A stretch of DNA of 64,000 nt from an uncultured Clostridia bacterium (GCA_944377305.1 CALWEL010000006.1:2642-66641); one strand, 5' to 3'. Positions 47,640-57,294 are shown, numbered from the stretch's first letter. The notes: a model not told the origin generated them from the sequence alone. A program made the numbers and translations.

Positions 47640-47686
47640 AATCATGACTACCGGCTAAGCCGGTAGTTATGATTTTCCTTTATTGA
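47640..47686 (+). terminator. Strong intrinsic terminator (16-bp stem)
   Basis: AATCATGACTACCGGC-TAA-GCCGGTAGTTATGATT (one G:U pair) followed by TTCCTTTATT. It may also terminate the convergent minus-strand genes. Confidence 0.65.
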
Positions 47687-47748
47687 ATAGTTTTTAGTCA
47701 AACGAAATCATCTATTGAATTCATATTATCAGTAAAAAAGTGATTTTA

Positions 47749-48267
47749 TTATTTTTTTGAATTCAAAAATTCTCTTAGCGATTCAGTTCCAGACATCGCT
47801 CTAAACAGAGTGAAATTGCCATGTTTTGTATAGATTTTTAAATTGCCTTCTTTTGTATAATCTTCAACGTCTGAGATTTTATAAATCTTTGCTTTAATTA
47901 TTGGTCGTTTGACAATTATTATTTCGTTATTGTACGCAGCTTGTGTCAACAGAAAATAAATCATAACATTATCAAAAATTAAAATTATCCACAAAAAAAT
48001 GATAGTAGCCAAATAATTGAAACCAAAAAATTCTGTCACAATTTGCGGAAAAGCAATAAATACTATTCCAATAATATCTAGAAAAATTAATGTAATCAGA
48101 TATCCCGTCGCCATGCCCTTATTTAATTTTACAATTTTTAATTCTTTTGCATTTTCTTCATCTTTGATCTCTTGTTTTTTGAACTTGGGCACAGCATATT
48201 CAAATATCATATTAAAAGAAATAATCAAAATAATAATCGTTATAATATCTATAATCAGTTCTGTCAT
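47749..48267 (-). CDS. Hypothetical membrane protein (3 TM plus small C-terminal soluble domain)
   Basis: 172-aa ORF with three hydrophobic segments. No family recognised. Confidence 0.55.
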   Translation of the reverse strand: MTELIIDIITIIILIISFNMIFEYAVPKFKKQEIKDEENAKELKIVKLNKGMATGYLITLIFLDIIGIVFIAFPQIVTEFFGFNYLATIIFLWIILIFDNVMIYFLLTQAAYNNEIIIVKRPIIKAKIYKISDVEDYTKEGNLKIYTKHGNFTLFRAMSGTESLREFLNSKK

Positions 48268-48297
48268 AGCATTTCCTTAAATATAAACAATGCATCA

Positions 48298-48714
48298 TTA
48301 AACATTCAAATTATTTGATTTGATAATTCTATTTTCATTCGCTTTGTTTAAAATTGATACAAGGTTACCTGTCAAAATTTTATTTATTAAATTCGGTTCT
48401 ATTTTATATAATTCTCTTATGAATGCGTATGTAAAAAGTTTTGAACCAATGACTTTTTTGAATTCCTGATCTAATAGATCTAAATGATGTTTCAAAAAAC
48501 AATATGTACCATAAACTATAAGTTTTTCTTCTTGGTTTATCATCTCCAATTCTTCTGTTTGTTTTAAAAATTCGCTATATTTCAACTTTAATTCATATAT
48601 GCTTTTATTCATCTGCGTATCCATTGGATCAATAGTATATTCACTCGCTTTTTTAACAAATCTAATAGATGATTTCAATTGCTCTCTATACTTCTTCTCT
48701 GTATCTTTATCCAT
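48298..48714 (-). CDS. Hypothetical 138-aa helical protein
   Basis: ORF 20 nt downstream of smpB. No family recognised. Confidence 0.5.
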   Translation of the reverse strand: MDKDTEKKYREQLKSSIRFVKKASEYTIDPMDTQMNKSIYELKLKYSEFLKQTEELEMINQEEKLIVYGTYCFLKHHLDLLDQEFKKVIGSKLFTYAFIRELYKIEPNLINKILTGNLVSILNKANENRIIKSNNLNV

Positions 48715-48734
48715 AAATAACCTCTAAAATAATC

Positions 48735-49175
48735 TTATTGATTTCTTTTCTGCCTATCCAACTCTCTTTTCTTTATAGTTTCCCTTTTATCATACAACTT
48801 TTTCCCACGCGCGACTGCAATTTCGACTTTCAAATTGCTACCCACAAAATATGCTTTCGTTGGAACAAGAGTAAGGTGATCCGCCTCAATCTTTTTTTTG
48901 ATCTTTTCTATCTCTTGCTTATGCAATAAAAGTTTTCTATCTCTTTTTGTCGTCTCGTTGTGCCTTGTAGAATCAAAAGAATTTGCATATTCTTTAATAT
49001 AACTATTCCTTAAAAAACATTCATCATTTTTCACAAACCCATAGCAGTCATTAATCGAAAAATGACCAAGCCTAATTGACTTGATCTCGTCACCCGTCAA
49101 CATTATCCCAGCTTCATATTTATCCAGTAGTTCATATTCAAATTTTGCTTTTCTATTTTCTGCAACAATTTTCAT
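48735..49175 (-). CDS. smpB: SsrA-binding protein SmpB
   Basis: IAENRKAKFEYELLDKYEAGIMLTGDEIKSIR and a C-terminal KRE..R basic tail. Canonical SmpB. Confidence 0.92.
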   Translation of the reverse strand: MKIVAENRKAKFEYELLDKYEAGIMLTGDEIKSIRLGHFSINDCYGFVKNDECFLRNSYIKEYANSFDSTRHNETTKRDRKLLLHKQEIEKIKKKIEADHLTLVPTKAYFVGSNLKVEIAVARGKKLYDKRETIKKRELDRQKRNQ

Positions 49176-49614
49176 AATTGTATTATATCACATATTTGCT
49201 CTTATTGCAAATTCTATCAAACTAAAATTCTTCAAATATTTTTTGGTTATAAAAATTAAATAAATATAAGAAATATCATTAAAATATTTCAATTTAATTT
49301 TTACTATGAAATTTAATTAATATTTAATACTTTAAATATGTATAATTAATTTTTTTATAATATTATTTTTAATAAAGTACTTTTAATCTTTTATATATTT
49401 ATTTTTTTCGATATAAATAACTCGTTTATTAAATAATTAATTATGCATTATTTTTTTAATTGATTATTTAAATATTATAAATATCTACAAAAAAAAATAA
49501 AATATTCTAAAATTGATTAGAATATTTAATGATTTTTTTATTATATTTTATTATTTTTTATTAAAAATAATTTTATTCTATTTTTTTGATATAAAATTTT
49601 AAATATTAAAATTG

Positions 49615-51819
49615 TTATCTTCTTTTTTTTCGTTTAGAATTTTTGGCCTTAGAAATTTTTGCAGTTCTCATATCTAATTTTTTTGATCTTTTATCTTTCT
49701 TTTTTACTACAAAACTTCCTAAAGTATTCTTCTCCACTCCTACCAAATCAAAATCAATTTGTCTAAGTCTTGTATTTGCATTAGCGACTATGACGCGCAC
49801 ACTATCTCCTATGGTATAGTGATGCTTCGCTCCTTTTAATGTCATTGCTCTTTCATCAAATTCATATTCATCACTAGGCAGATCTTCTAGACGAACTAAT
49901 CCTTCCACCCCATTATCTAACTCTACGAAAATGCCAAATTCTTGCACTCCAGAAATTGTACCTACAAACTGCTCTCCGATGAATTTAGTCATATACACAG
50001 CTTTCTTGTAATCATCAACCTCTCTTTCCGCTTCATCTGCTATTTTCTCTGTTTCGCTAGACTGTTCGCTAGCACGAGAAACTATTGTAGTATATTTTAA
50101 CTTTAAGTCCTGCTTTGGCACACCATTCAAATAACTTTTGATTATTCTATGAATCATCAGATCTGGATATCTTCTAATTGGACTAGTGAAATGACAATAA
50201 TATTCACTAGCGAGTCCAAAATGCCCTAAACATATTGGAGTGTAACGTGCCTTCATCATTGAGCGCAAGATCAGTTTTGTCAGAGTCGTTTCGCTAGGAT
50301 TATCCTTTATTGATTCAATTATTTTTTGATAACTTATAGGTTTGTCTCCATCAATTTGCAACTGATTTGCTACACCCATATTTTGTAGCAGTTCAGATAA
50401 TCTCAAAACTTTTTCACTATCAGGCTTTTCGTGCACACGATACACAAATGGAATTTTCAGATCAAAAAATGTCTTTGCTACACATTCATTGGTCAAAATC
50501 ATCAAACTCTCTATAATTTGATGTGCTTCGTCCTGAACCCGTTTTTCAATACTAACTATTTCACCCGACTCGTTTTCTAAAATATAAGGTTCGGGTATAT
50601 TCATCCTTATCTCTCCGCGATCGTGACGTTTTTTCAGTAATTTTCTAGACATCTCTTGATAAATCAAAATATCATTGTATACATCTTGATATTTTTCAAT
50701 CAAAAATTTATCACCCTCCAAAATGTTTTTTATTTCAGTATATGTCATCCTATGATGGCTATGTATCACAGCTTCAACGATTTTGCTATCTACAACATCA
50801 CAATTATTATTTAGGTCTATCACTACAGATAGCACTAATCTATCCACACCCTCGCTGAGAGAACAAACCCCATTTGACAATTCTTTTGGTAGCATTGGTA
50901 TCACTTGATTGGAAAAATATACGCTAGTTCCTCGCTTGAACGCCTCTTTATCTAGATGTGAATTCTCTTTCACATATTCTGATACATCCGCTATGTGAAC
51001 ATATAATTTGTATCCATAGTCCGTTTTTTCCACTGCTATAGCATCATCAAAATCTCTAGCATCTTCGCCGTCTATTGTAATCACGCGCTGAGATGTGAAG
51101 TCTAGTCGTTGCTTATATTGATTTTTATCTACTATTTGAGATATGGCACGCGCCTCCTTTAGAGTTTCAGTATCAAATTGGTCAATTAATTTGAATGAAC
51201 GTATGATCGACAACTGTTCTGCTTTTGGAGTATTTGCCTGCCCTAAGATCTCAACAATTTTTCCACAGACATCTTTTGTATCTAATGTATCTGCATCCAA
51301 TTCAACCCAGACTTTTTCATTGTTTTTGGCGTTTTTGCTATTATTTTTCAAAATTCTAATCTGTGGTAATTTTTCATCATCTGGGAAAACTACATTCTTA
51401 CTTTTGCCAATTATGTATGTGCCTACAATATGTGTAGTGTTGTGATGCAAAACCTTCACTACTTTCCCTTCTATTTCGTCATCATTCTTTCTTGATATAA
51501 TCTCTACCAAACAATCATCTCCATCATAAGCTCCATTAATTGCAAATGCCGGCACAAAAAAGTCAGGATATCCCTCCACCTTTGCAAAACCATAACCTTT
51601 ACGATTCAGCGTAATTTTTGCTTTAAAGTATCCTTTGTCAGCCGAAATCGAAATTTTATTTTGCTCATCCAAATATAGTGTACCTTCATTTATCAAGGAA
51701 TTAATCTGAAGTTTTAAATCATTTTGTGATTCCCCTGTTGTTTTCATCAATTCTTTTGTGAGCGAATCCAATTTTAAATATATTAACTTATTTTCTCTAA
51801 TAATTTTTATTAAATCCAT
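49615..51819 (-). CDS. rnr: Ribonuclease R
   Basis: 734 aa. RNB domain (IDGEDARDFDDAI), C-terminal S1 domain and a Lys-rich tail. Confidence 0.92.
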   Translation of the reverse strand: MDLIKIIRENKLIYLKLDSLTKELMKTTGESQNDLKLQINSLINEGTLYLDEQNKISISADKGYFKAKITLNRKGYGFAKVEGYPDFFVPAFAINGAYDGDDCLVEIISRKNDDEIEGKVVKVLHHNTTHIVGTYIIGKSKNVVFPDDEKLPQIRILKNNSKNAKNNEKVWVELDADTLDTKDVCGKIVEILGQANTPKAEQLSIIRSFKLIDQFDTETLKEARAISQIVDKNQYKQRLDFTSQRVITIDGEDARDFDDAIAVEKTDYGYKLYVHIADVSEYVKENSHLDKEAFKRGTSVYFSNQVIPMLPKELSNGVCSLSEGVDRLVLSVVIDLNNNCDVVDSKIVEAVIHSHHRMTYTEIKNILEGDKFLIEKYQDVYNDILIYQEMSRKLLKKRHDRGEIRMNIPEPYILENESGEIVSIEKRVQDEAHQIIESLMILTNECVAKTFFDLKIPFVYRVHEKPDSEKVLRLSELLQNMGVANQLQIDGDKPISYQKIIESIKDNPSETTLTKLILRSMMKARYTPICLGHFGLASEYYCHFTSPIRRYPDLMIHRIIKSYLNGVPKQDLKLKYTTIVSRASEQSSETEKIADEAEREVDDYKKAVYMTKFIGEQFVGTISGVQEFGIFVELDNGVEGLVRLEDLPSDEYEFDERAMTLKGAKHHYTIGDSVRVIVANANTRLRQIDFDLVGVEKNTLGSFVVKKKDKRSKKLDMRTAKISKAKNSKRKKRR

Positions 51820-51879
51820 ATATTTATTTTAACAATTTATTACATAAATAACAAACTAATTAATACAAAATAAGAAAAA

Positions 51880-51920
51880 AAGCGGATAAATTTTGCAAAT
51901 AACAATAAAATATTCCGCTT
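51880..51920 (-). terminator. Possible terminator after secG
   Basis: AAGCGGA..TCCGCTT stem (large 27-nt loop) followed by TTTTTTT on the minus strand. Confidence 0.35.
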
Positions 51921-51942
51921 CCTTGAACTTCAATTCATAATT

Positions 51943-52245
51943 CTAATACAATGTAGGTATTTTCATAAACACAAAGTATAAGATACTAAACAAAGCTATC
52001 AAACCAATTGTGATATATATAAGCCTAGTTATTCTACCTTCACGCGAGCCTGCTTTATTCTGTGCATAATAACTATCTTGATTGCCTGTAATCACATTGT
52101 TTGTATTGCTTCCTCCAGTTATTTGCATAAACACTAACACAATTAAAATAAGAGCCAATAGCGCCAAAAGCACTAAACAAATGCGTTCAAATATAGGAAA
52201 AGTTTTGCTCATCCACGCAGGAACTGTCGCCAATAAAAAATTCAT
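51943..52245 (-). CDS. secG: Preprotein translocase subunit SecG-like
   Basis: Two TM segments flank a Gly/Ser/Asn-rich loop (MQITGGSNTN..). It sits directly upstream of rnr-smpB as in Bacillus. The start is uncertain. Confidence 0.55.
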   Translation of the reverse strand: MNFLLATVPAWMSKTFPIFERICLVLLALLALILIVLVFMQITGGSNTNNVITGNQDSYYAQNKAGSREGRITRLIYITIGLIALFSILYFVFMKIPTLY

Positions 52246-52305
52246 ATTTCCTCCAAATGCTTAAATAGTATAGCATAATTAAATATTATTTACAAGCCTT
52301 TTTCA

Positions 52306-52530
52306 TTATTTTCTGATATAAGTCAACCATACCAACAAAGCAAATAACAAAATGGCGAGAATTATCATACTTCCTTTTACGAATTTTTTGTTTTCCTTGC
52401 TATTCTCTTTAAAAAAAGTCATCACACTCAAAAGTATAGCCACTACTAATCCTAACCAAATCAAAACAAACCAAGCAGAACTCATCTCTTGAATAAAATT
52501 CACAAATTGATAATAATAACTTTTCAACAT
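52306..52530 (-). CDS. Small two-TM membrane protein
   Basis: 74-aa ORF with two hydrophobic segments. Confidence 0.45.
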   Translation of the reverse strand: MLKSYYYQFVNFIQEMSSAWFVLIWLGLVVAILLSVMTFFKENSKENKKFVKGSMIILAILLFALLVWLTYIRK

Positions 52531-52579
52531 ACAACTAACCCTTTCGTTGATATGATTTTAACAAAATAGATATAATTTG

Positions 52580-54073
52580 TCAAGATTTGACTATCAAACT
52601 GGTACCAGTGAAATATCTATTTGGAGCTAAATCAAGTAAAGCTAAGAATGTTGGCGCTACATCCTTCAATTCACCTTTGCTCTTGAATTTATATTCTTTA
52701 TCCTTTTCTAGTGCCAAACAAATAACCTTATTGAAAGTGTGCGCAGTGTGGGGCTCTCCAGATTCAGTACGCATCATCTCGCAATTGCCGTGATCTGCAG
52801 TAATTAAAATAAAATAACCTGATTTTTCTGCATAACTCAATACTTTTTTCACACATTTATCTAAATATTCTAATGCATCTATGGTTGCTTCATAATTGCC
52901 AGTGTGCCCCAACATATCAGGATTTGAATAATTGACTATAATCGCATCATAATCATTGTCAATTGCTTTCAAAACTTCTTTTGTAATTTCTCCTGCACGC
53001 ATCTTTGGCGTTTTGCTAAAATTATCTACTTTGATCGTTGGAACGTGCACTCTATCTTCTAACAAAAATGGCTTTTCTATTCCACCGTTCAAGAAATAAG
53101 TGACGTGAGCATATTTGGTACTTTCACTAATTTTTATTTGTCTTTTCCCTTGTTTTGACAAATATTCACTCAATGTGTTTTTCACGATTTTGGGTTGATA
53201 CAATACTGTAGTTTTGGTCCCACCAACGCTTGACATAGTTATAATATTATGATTCAATTTGTAAGTTTCAGCGACAATTTGTCTAAGTCTATCTTCTCTG
53301 AAATTAAAAAAGAAAATTAAATCACCTTTTTTCAGTCTGGAATCCTCTTTTGTATCAATTGAAATTGGATGAATATATTCATCACTAATGCCTAAACTAT
53401 GTTCACTTTTCAAATAGCTGTCTATATCTTTGTTCTTTAAATTAGATTTTGTATTGGTCAAATTAAACATTGTACGAATTGCCGTAGTTGTTCTGTCTAG
53501 GTTGTTTTCTCTATCCATAGCATAGAATCTTCCACAGACACTAGCAATCTCTGCATTCGTAGTCTTTTTAATGACTTTATTCAATGAGTTTAGATATTTT
53601 AAGCTATCTTCTCTGCCAGAATCTCTACCATCAGTGATAAAATGAATAAATATATTTTTTGCCTTATGTTCAAATAGTCGCATAATTTCAAATGCGTGAT
53701 TAATATCACTATGAATATTTTTGTCACTCATTAGCCCTATCAAGTGCAAATTGCCATTAGAGATCTTTAAGTCGTCAATCTTTTTTTGCAATTTCACATT
53801 CTTTTCAAATTTGTGAGACAATATATCATCGTGAATTTTTTTTGCTGTTGAGGGTATGACTCTTCCCGCACCTATCGTTGTGTGTCCGACCTCACTTCCC
53901 CCCAGTTCGCCCGAAAAAAGCCCAACTGCTTCACTATCAGTCTTTAAAAGCGAATAGCTATATTTTTTTAGTGCGTGCAATGTGGGTGTATTTGCATTTT
54001 TTACTGCATTATATGGTCCGTCATCACCTTCGCCATATCCATCCAAAATCATTAAAATACCTTTTCTAATCAT
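52580..54073 (-). CDS. gpmI: 2,3-bisphosphoglycerate-independent phosphoglycerate mutase
   Basis: ILMILDGYGEG, SEVGHTTIGAG and ITADHGN motifs. Overlaps the tpiA stop by 8 nt. Confidence 0.92.
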   Translation of the reverse strand: MIRKGILMILDGYGEGDDGPYNAVKNANTPTLHALKKYSYSLLKTDSEAVGLFSGELGGSEVGHTTIGAGRVIPSTAKKIHDDILSHKFEKNVKLQKKIDDLKISNGNLHLIGLMSDKNIHSDINHAFEIMRLFEHKAKNIFIHFITDGRDSGREDSLKYLNSLNKVIKKTTNAEIASVCGRFYAMDRENNLDRTTTAIRTMFNLTNTKSNLKNKDIDSYLKSEHSLGISDEYIHPISIDTKEDSRLKKGDLIFFFNFREDRLRQIVAETYKLNHNIITMSSVGGTKTTVLYQPKIVKNTLSEYLSKQGKRQIKISESTKYAHVTYFLNGGIEKPFLLEDRVHVPTIKVDNFSKTPKMRAGEITKEVLKAIDNDYDAIIVNYSNPDMLGHTGNYEATIDALEYLDKCVKKVLSYAEKSGYFILITADHGNCEMMRTESGEPHTAHTFNKVICLALEKDKEYKFKSKGELKDVAPTFLALLDLAPNRYFTGTSLIVKS

Positions 54074-54776
54074 CGTCTATCCCTTTTACTATCTTTATAA
54101 ATTCATCAATCCTAAGTGACACTCCGCCCAAAAGCAATCCATCAATTTGTGATAACATAATTTCTTTGAAATTGTTACTATTGATACTTCCACCATAAAG
54201 TAGTATACAATTTTGATATCCTAAATCCGTAATCTTGGTTCTTATTTTTTTACTCATTCGATTGATTCGTGATACTTCAGGAAGCTTACCTGTACCTATT
54301 GCCCAAACTGGTTCATAAGCAATAATTGGTATTATATTTTTGGGCGTATTTTTTATTGCCTGTTCGACTTGAAACAAAACAGAATCTAATTTATCAGATT
54401 TCTTCTCTTCGCCTACGCAAATTATTGGCTGTAATCCATTATTTAAACAGATCTTAACTTTTTCATTGATTTGCTCATCCTTCTCACCTAGTTTTCGTCG
54501 TTCGCTATGTCCTACAATTACATATTCTACCTGAAATTCCAATAGCATTTTGGGACTAATCTGCCCTGTAGATTTAGAATTATCTTCATTCGTAATATCT
54601 TGACAGCCCAATGAAACAAATCTATTTTTCAACCTAAATTCATCAAGATAAACAAAAGGCGGACACAAAACAATTTTTGTGTCCATAACTTTCAGTTTAT
54701 TGATCTTCTTTATTATAGTAGCATATAGTTTTTTGCTACCATTCATTTTGTAATTCGCGACAATTAATTTTGGCAT
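54066..54776 (-). CDS. tpiA: Triosephosphate isomerase
   Basis: IVANYKMNG, VIVGHSERR, AYEPVWAIGTG and YGGS motifs. The start was chosen at MPKLIV because SD AGAGG precedes it. Confidence 0.92.
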   Translation of the reverse strand: MPKLIVANYKMNGSKKLYATIIKKINKLKVMDTKIVLCPPFVYLDEFRLKNRFVSLGCQDITNEDNSKSTGQISPKMLLEFQVEYVIVGHSERRKLGEKDEQINEKVKICLNNGLQPIICVGEEKKSDKLDSVLFQVEQAIKNTPKNIIPIIAYEPVWAIGTGKLPEVSRINRMSKKIRTKITDLGYQNCILLYGGSINSNNFKEIMLSQIDGLLLGGVSLRIDEFIKIVKGIDDD

Positions 54777-54783
54777 ACTACCT

Positions 54784-55968
54784 CTAAACATCATCTATCA
54801 CTTCAACACAAGGCAATTTTTTCCCCTGTAATAGCATCAACGATGCTCCGCCACCTGTTGATAGATGTGTCACTTTTTTAGCAACTCCCAAAGATTGAAT
54901 AGCTGCCACGCTATCTCCTCCACCTATGACTGATATCGCTTTGCTCTTCGCTACATATTTAGCAATTTTGTTGGTACCCTTTTTAAATTTCTCATATTCA
55001 TATACACCGAGAGGACCATTCCAAACGATAGTCTTCGCTTTTTTGATCACTTTTTTGAACGATTTAATAGTCTTTGGTCCAATGTCCATACCCTGATAGC
55101 CGTCAACAAAGAAACCACTATTAAATAATTTTGATTCCGCATCTTCGCTAAATTCTTTCGCTCCAACATTATCTATTGGTAGAATGATCTTCACTCCTTT
55201 TTCTTTCGCTCTATCTAAGATTTCATTCGCCAATTCAATCTTGGTATTGTCTACAATAGACATACCCACATTTCCACCAATAGCTTTGATGAATGTATAT
55301 GCCATCCCACCACCAATCAAAATTGTGTCCACTTTATCAAGCAGATTTTCAATAACAGGCAATTTATCCGCAACCTTCGCTCCGCCTAAAATTGCCACAA
55401 AAGGATGATCCGGATTGTTCAAAACCTTATCAAAAATCAAAAGCTCTTGCTCTACCAAAAATCCAACGGAAGACGGAAGCAATCTTGCCACACCATAAGT
55501 AGATGCGTGTTTCCTATGTGCAGTTGCAAATGCTTCTAGAACATAGATATCTGCTAGGCTAGCAAGATATTTTGCAAATTTCTCATCATTTTTATCTTCT
55601 TCTTTATAAAATCTAATGTTTTCAAGCATTAGCACATCCCCGTCGTGCATTTTATCAATCAGTTCAACTGTCGATTTGTCCAAAATATCCTCTGCAAAAG
55701 ACACTGGTTTATCTAAAAGTTTCGATAATCTAGCCAAAACTGGACGAAGAGACAGCTTAGGATCCACTTGACCATTTGGTCTCCCTAAATGCGAACACAA
55801 AATAACTTTAGCATTGTGTTCAATCAAATAATTAATTGTAGGTAATGTAGCAGTGATACGAGTATCATCCACAATTTTCAATTCTGCGTTCATCGGCACA
55901 TTATAGTCAACTCTAACAAAGACTCTTTTGCCACTGACGTCAATATCTCTAATAGTTTTTTTCATCAT
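54784..55968 (-). CDS. pgk: Phosphoglycerate kinase
   Basis: KRVFVRVDYNVP, SHLGRP and STGGGASL motifs. The start was chosen at an ATG after GGAG; the track start is TTG. Confidence 0.93.
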   Translation of the reverse strand: MMKKTIRDIDVSGKRVFVRVDYNVPMNAELKIVDDTRITATLPTINYLIEHNAKVILCSHLGRPNGQVDPKLSLRPVLARLSKLLDKPVSFAEDILDKSTVELIDKMHDGDVLMLENIRFYKEEDKNDEKFAKYLASLADIYVLEAFATAHRKHASTYGVARLLPSSVGFLVEQELLIFDKVLNNPDHPFVAILGGAKVADKLPVIENLLDKVDTILIGGGMAYTFIKAIGGNVGMSIVDNTKIELANEILDRAKEKGVKIILPIDNVGAKEFSEDAESKLFNSGFFVDGYQGMDIGPKTIKSFKKVIKKAKTIVWNGPLGVYEYEKFKKGTNKIAKYVAKSKAISVIGGGDSVAAIQSLGVAKKVTHLSTGGGASLMLLQGKKLPCVEVIDDV

Positions 55969-56028
55969 TGTCTCCAAAATAAAAATATCAATGTGTATTT
56001 ATTGCCTCTATTATATCACAGGTTAAAA

Positions 56029-56544
56029 TTATTTCAAAATAATTTTAGAAAATTTGTGAAATTTTCTTTTTAATTTTCCTTTTTCGATCAGACAAACACC
56101 AAATTTATCGCAAAATATATAAATCTTTCGTTTTGAACAATGTTCAATATTTGGATATATACGTTTGGAAGAAAGTATTATCTTATTATTAGACTTATAT
56201 TCAGTGTTTTCGTCTCCAATTATAAAACAAGTTTTCCTAATGCAAATCTTAGCCCCAATTTTGGCTTTACTAATATGAATTTTCTCACCGTCGCAAACTA
56301 TTATTGATTTATCAACTTTTTCCTTAAACACAATATTTACACCCGCAACTACAATACAGCGTAGTTTCTTTGATAACATCATTAGTTCACGCGTGACAAT
56401 CGATTGACGTGTCAATTCATCGCAAATATCATAATCATAGATTATGCCGAAATTGAAAACCAATAGATCACACTTATATAATTTTACAAAATAGTTCAAA
56501 TAAAACGATTTATAACTGCCACCCGCCACACAAACAATCTTCAT
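56029..56544 (-). CDS. Hypothetical 171-aa Cys-rich protein
   Basis: ORF on the same strand as pgk. No family recognised. Confidence 0.45.
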   Translation of the reverse strand: MKIVCVAGGSYKSFYLNYFVKLYKCDLLVFNFGIIYDYDICDELTRQSIVTRELMMLSKKLRCIVVAGVNIVFKEKVDKSIIVCDGEKIHISKAKIGAKICIRKTCFIIGDENTEYKSNNKIILSSKRIYPNIEHCSKRKIYIFCDKFGVCLIEKGKLKRKFHKFSKIILK

Positions 56545-56641
56545 ATTTCATTGTATGCTTATGAATAAAATTTGACAAATTATAAATTTAATGTAATTCT
56601 AGCTGGATTGAAATTTTTATAGCATATAAAATTAAATAAAA

Positions 56642-56974
56642 TTAAATGCAATCAACGGTAGCATTCAAAACAGACTCTATATTTGGATTTTTTATGTAAT
56701 ATATTATATTCTTACCATTTCTATCTGAAGCCACTATATCTATTGATTTCAAAATCTTCAATTGATGGCTAATTGTAGTTTGATTTTGTGATAAAATTAG
56801 TGATATGTCTCCCACACATAATGGTTTGATCGTCAATAGAATAATAATTTTTAGGCGCGTATCATCACTAAATGCATAGAAAAATGTAGTCAAATTTTTT
56901 AAATCATTTTTATTTGGCATATAATGTCTCAATGTAATTTCTTCTCTACAATCTAATTTATTATCAATATTCAT
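56642..56974 (-). CDS. ArsR/SmtB-family transcriptional regulator
   Basis: FYAFSDDTRLKIIILL..PLCVGDIS..QTTISHQLKILK is the winged-helix ArsR pattern. Confidence 0.8.
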   Translation of the reverse strand: MNIDNKLDCREEITLRHYMPNKNDLKNLTTFFYAFSDDTRLKIIILLTIKPLCVGDISLILSQNQTTISHQLKILKSIDIVASDRNGKNIIYYIKNPNIESVLNATVDCI

Positions 56975-57077
56975 AATAAAAGAATATCAGAAAAATTATG
57001 ATCAAAAAACGTTTCACAATATCTAATTTTGACGAATATATAAAATAAACGAAAAAAAATATACAAGGAGTGAGAAA

Positions 57078-57260
57078 ATGAACACAGCATTTTATATCTT
57101 ATTCGCCATTTTAATATCTATTATTGCTCAAGCGACCAATACAAATCTTGCAAACAATACTACCTTTTTATTATTACTGTTACTTGCTCTCGGCGCATAC
57201 AATCAAAACAACGATAGGAACAACTGTTGTTGCTTTGGTCAACAGCGAAGTTTTATTTAA
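57078..57260 (+). CDS. Small membrane peptide with a C-terminal CCC motif
   Basis: 60-aa ORF with a strong SD (AAGGAG), two hydrophobic segments and a C-terminal NNCCCFGQQRSFI. It is divergent from the ArsR gene. Confidence 0.5.
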   Translation: MNTAFYILFAILISIIAQATNTNLANNTTFLLLLLLALGAYNQNNDRNNCCCFGQQRSFI

Positions 57261-57294
57261 AAAATTAGCACTCTCTAATAATTGAGAATGCTAA
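57259..57294 (-). terminator. Intrinsic terminator of the CoA-transferase gene
   Basis: TTAGCA.TCTC-N8-GAGA.TGCTAA hairpin followed by TTTTTT on the minus strand. It overlaps the stop of the small plus-strand ORF. Confidence 0.6.

Noticed and set aside
46453-47709. Terminal inverted repeats (GATTTATTTGACT versus the reverse complement of AGTCAAACGAAATC) that might delimit a small mobile element inserted beside ssrA.
   Set aside because: The match is only about 12 of 13-14 nt with an indel. It is dominated by a promoter-like TTTGACT in AT-rich DNA. I see no target-site duplication, no copy of the ssrA 3' end, and no transposase or integrase.
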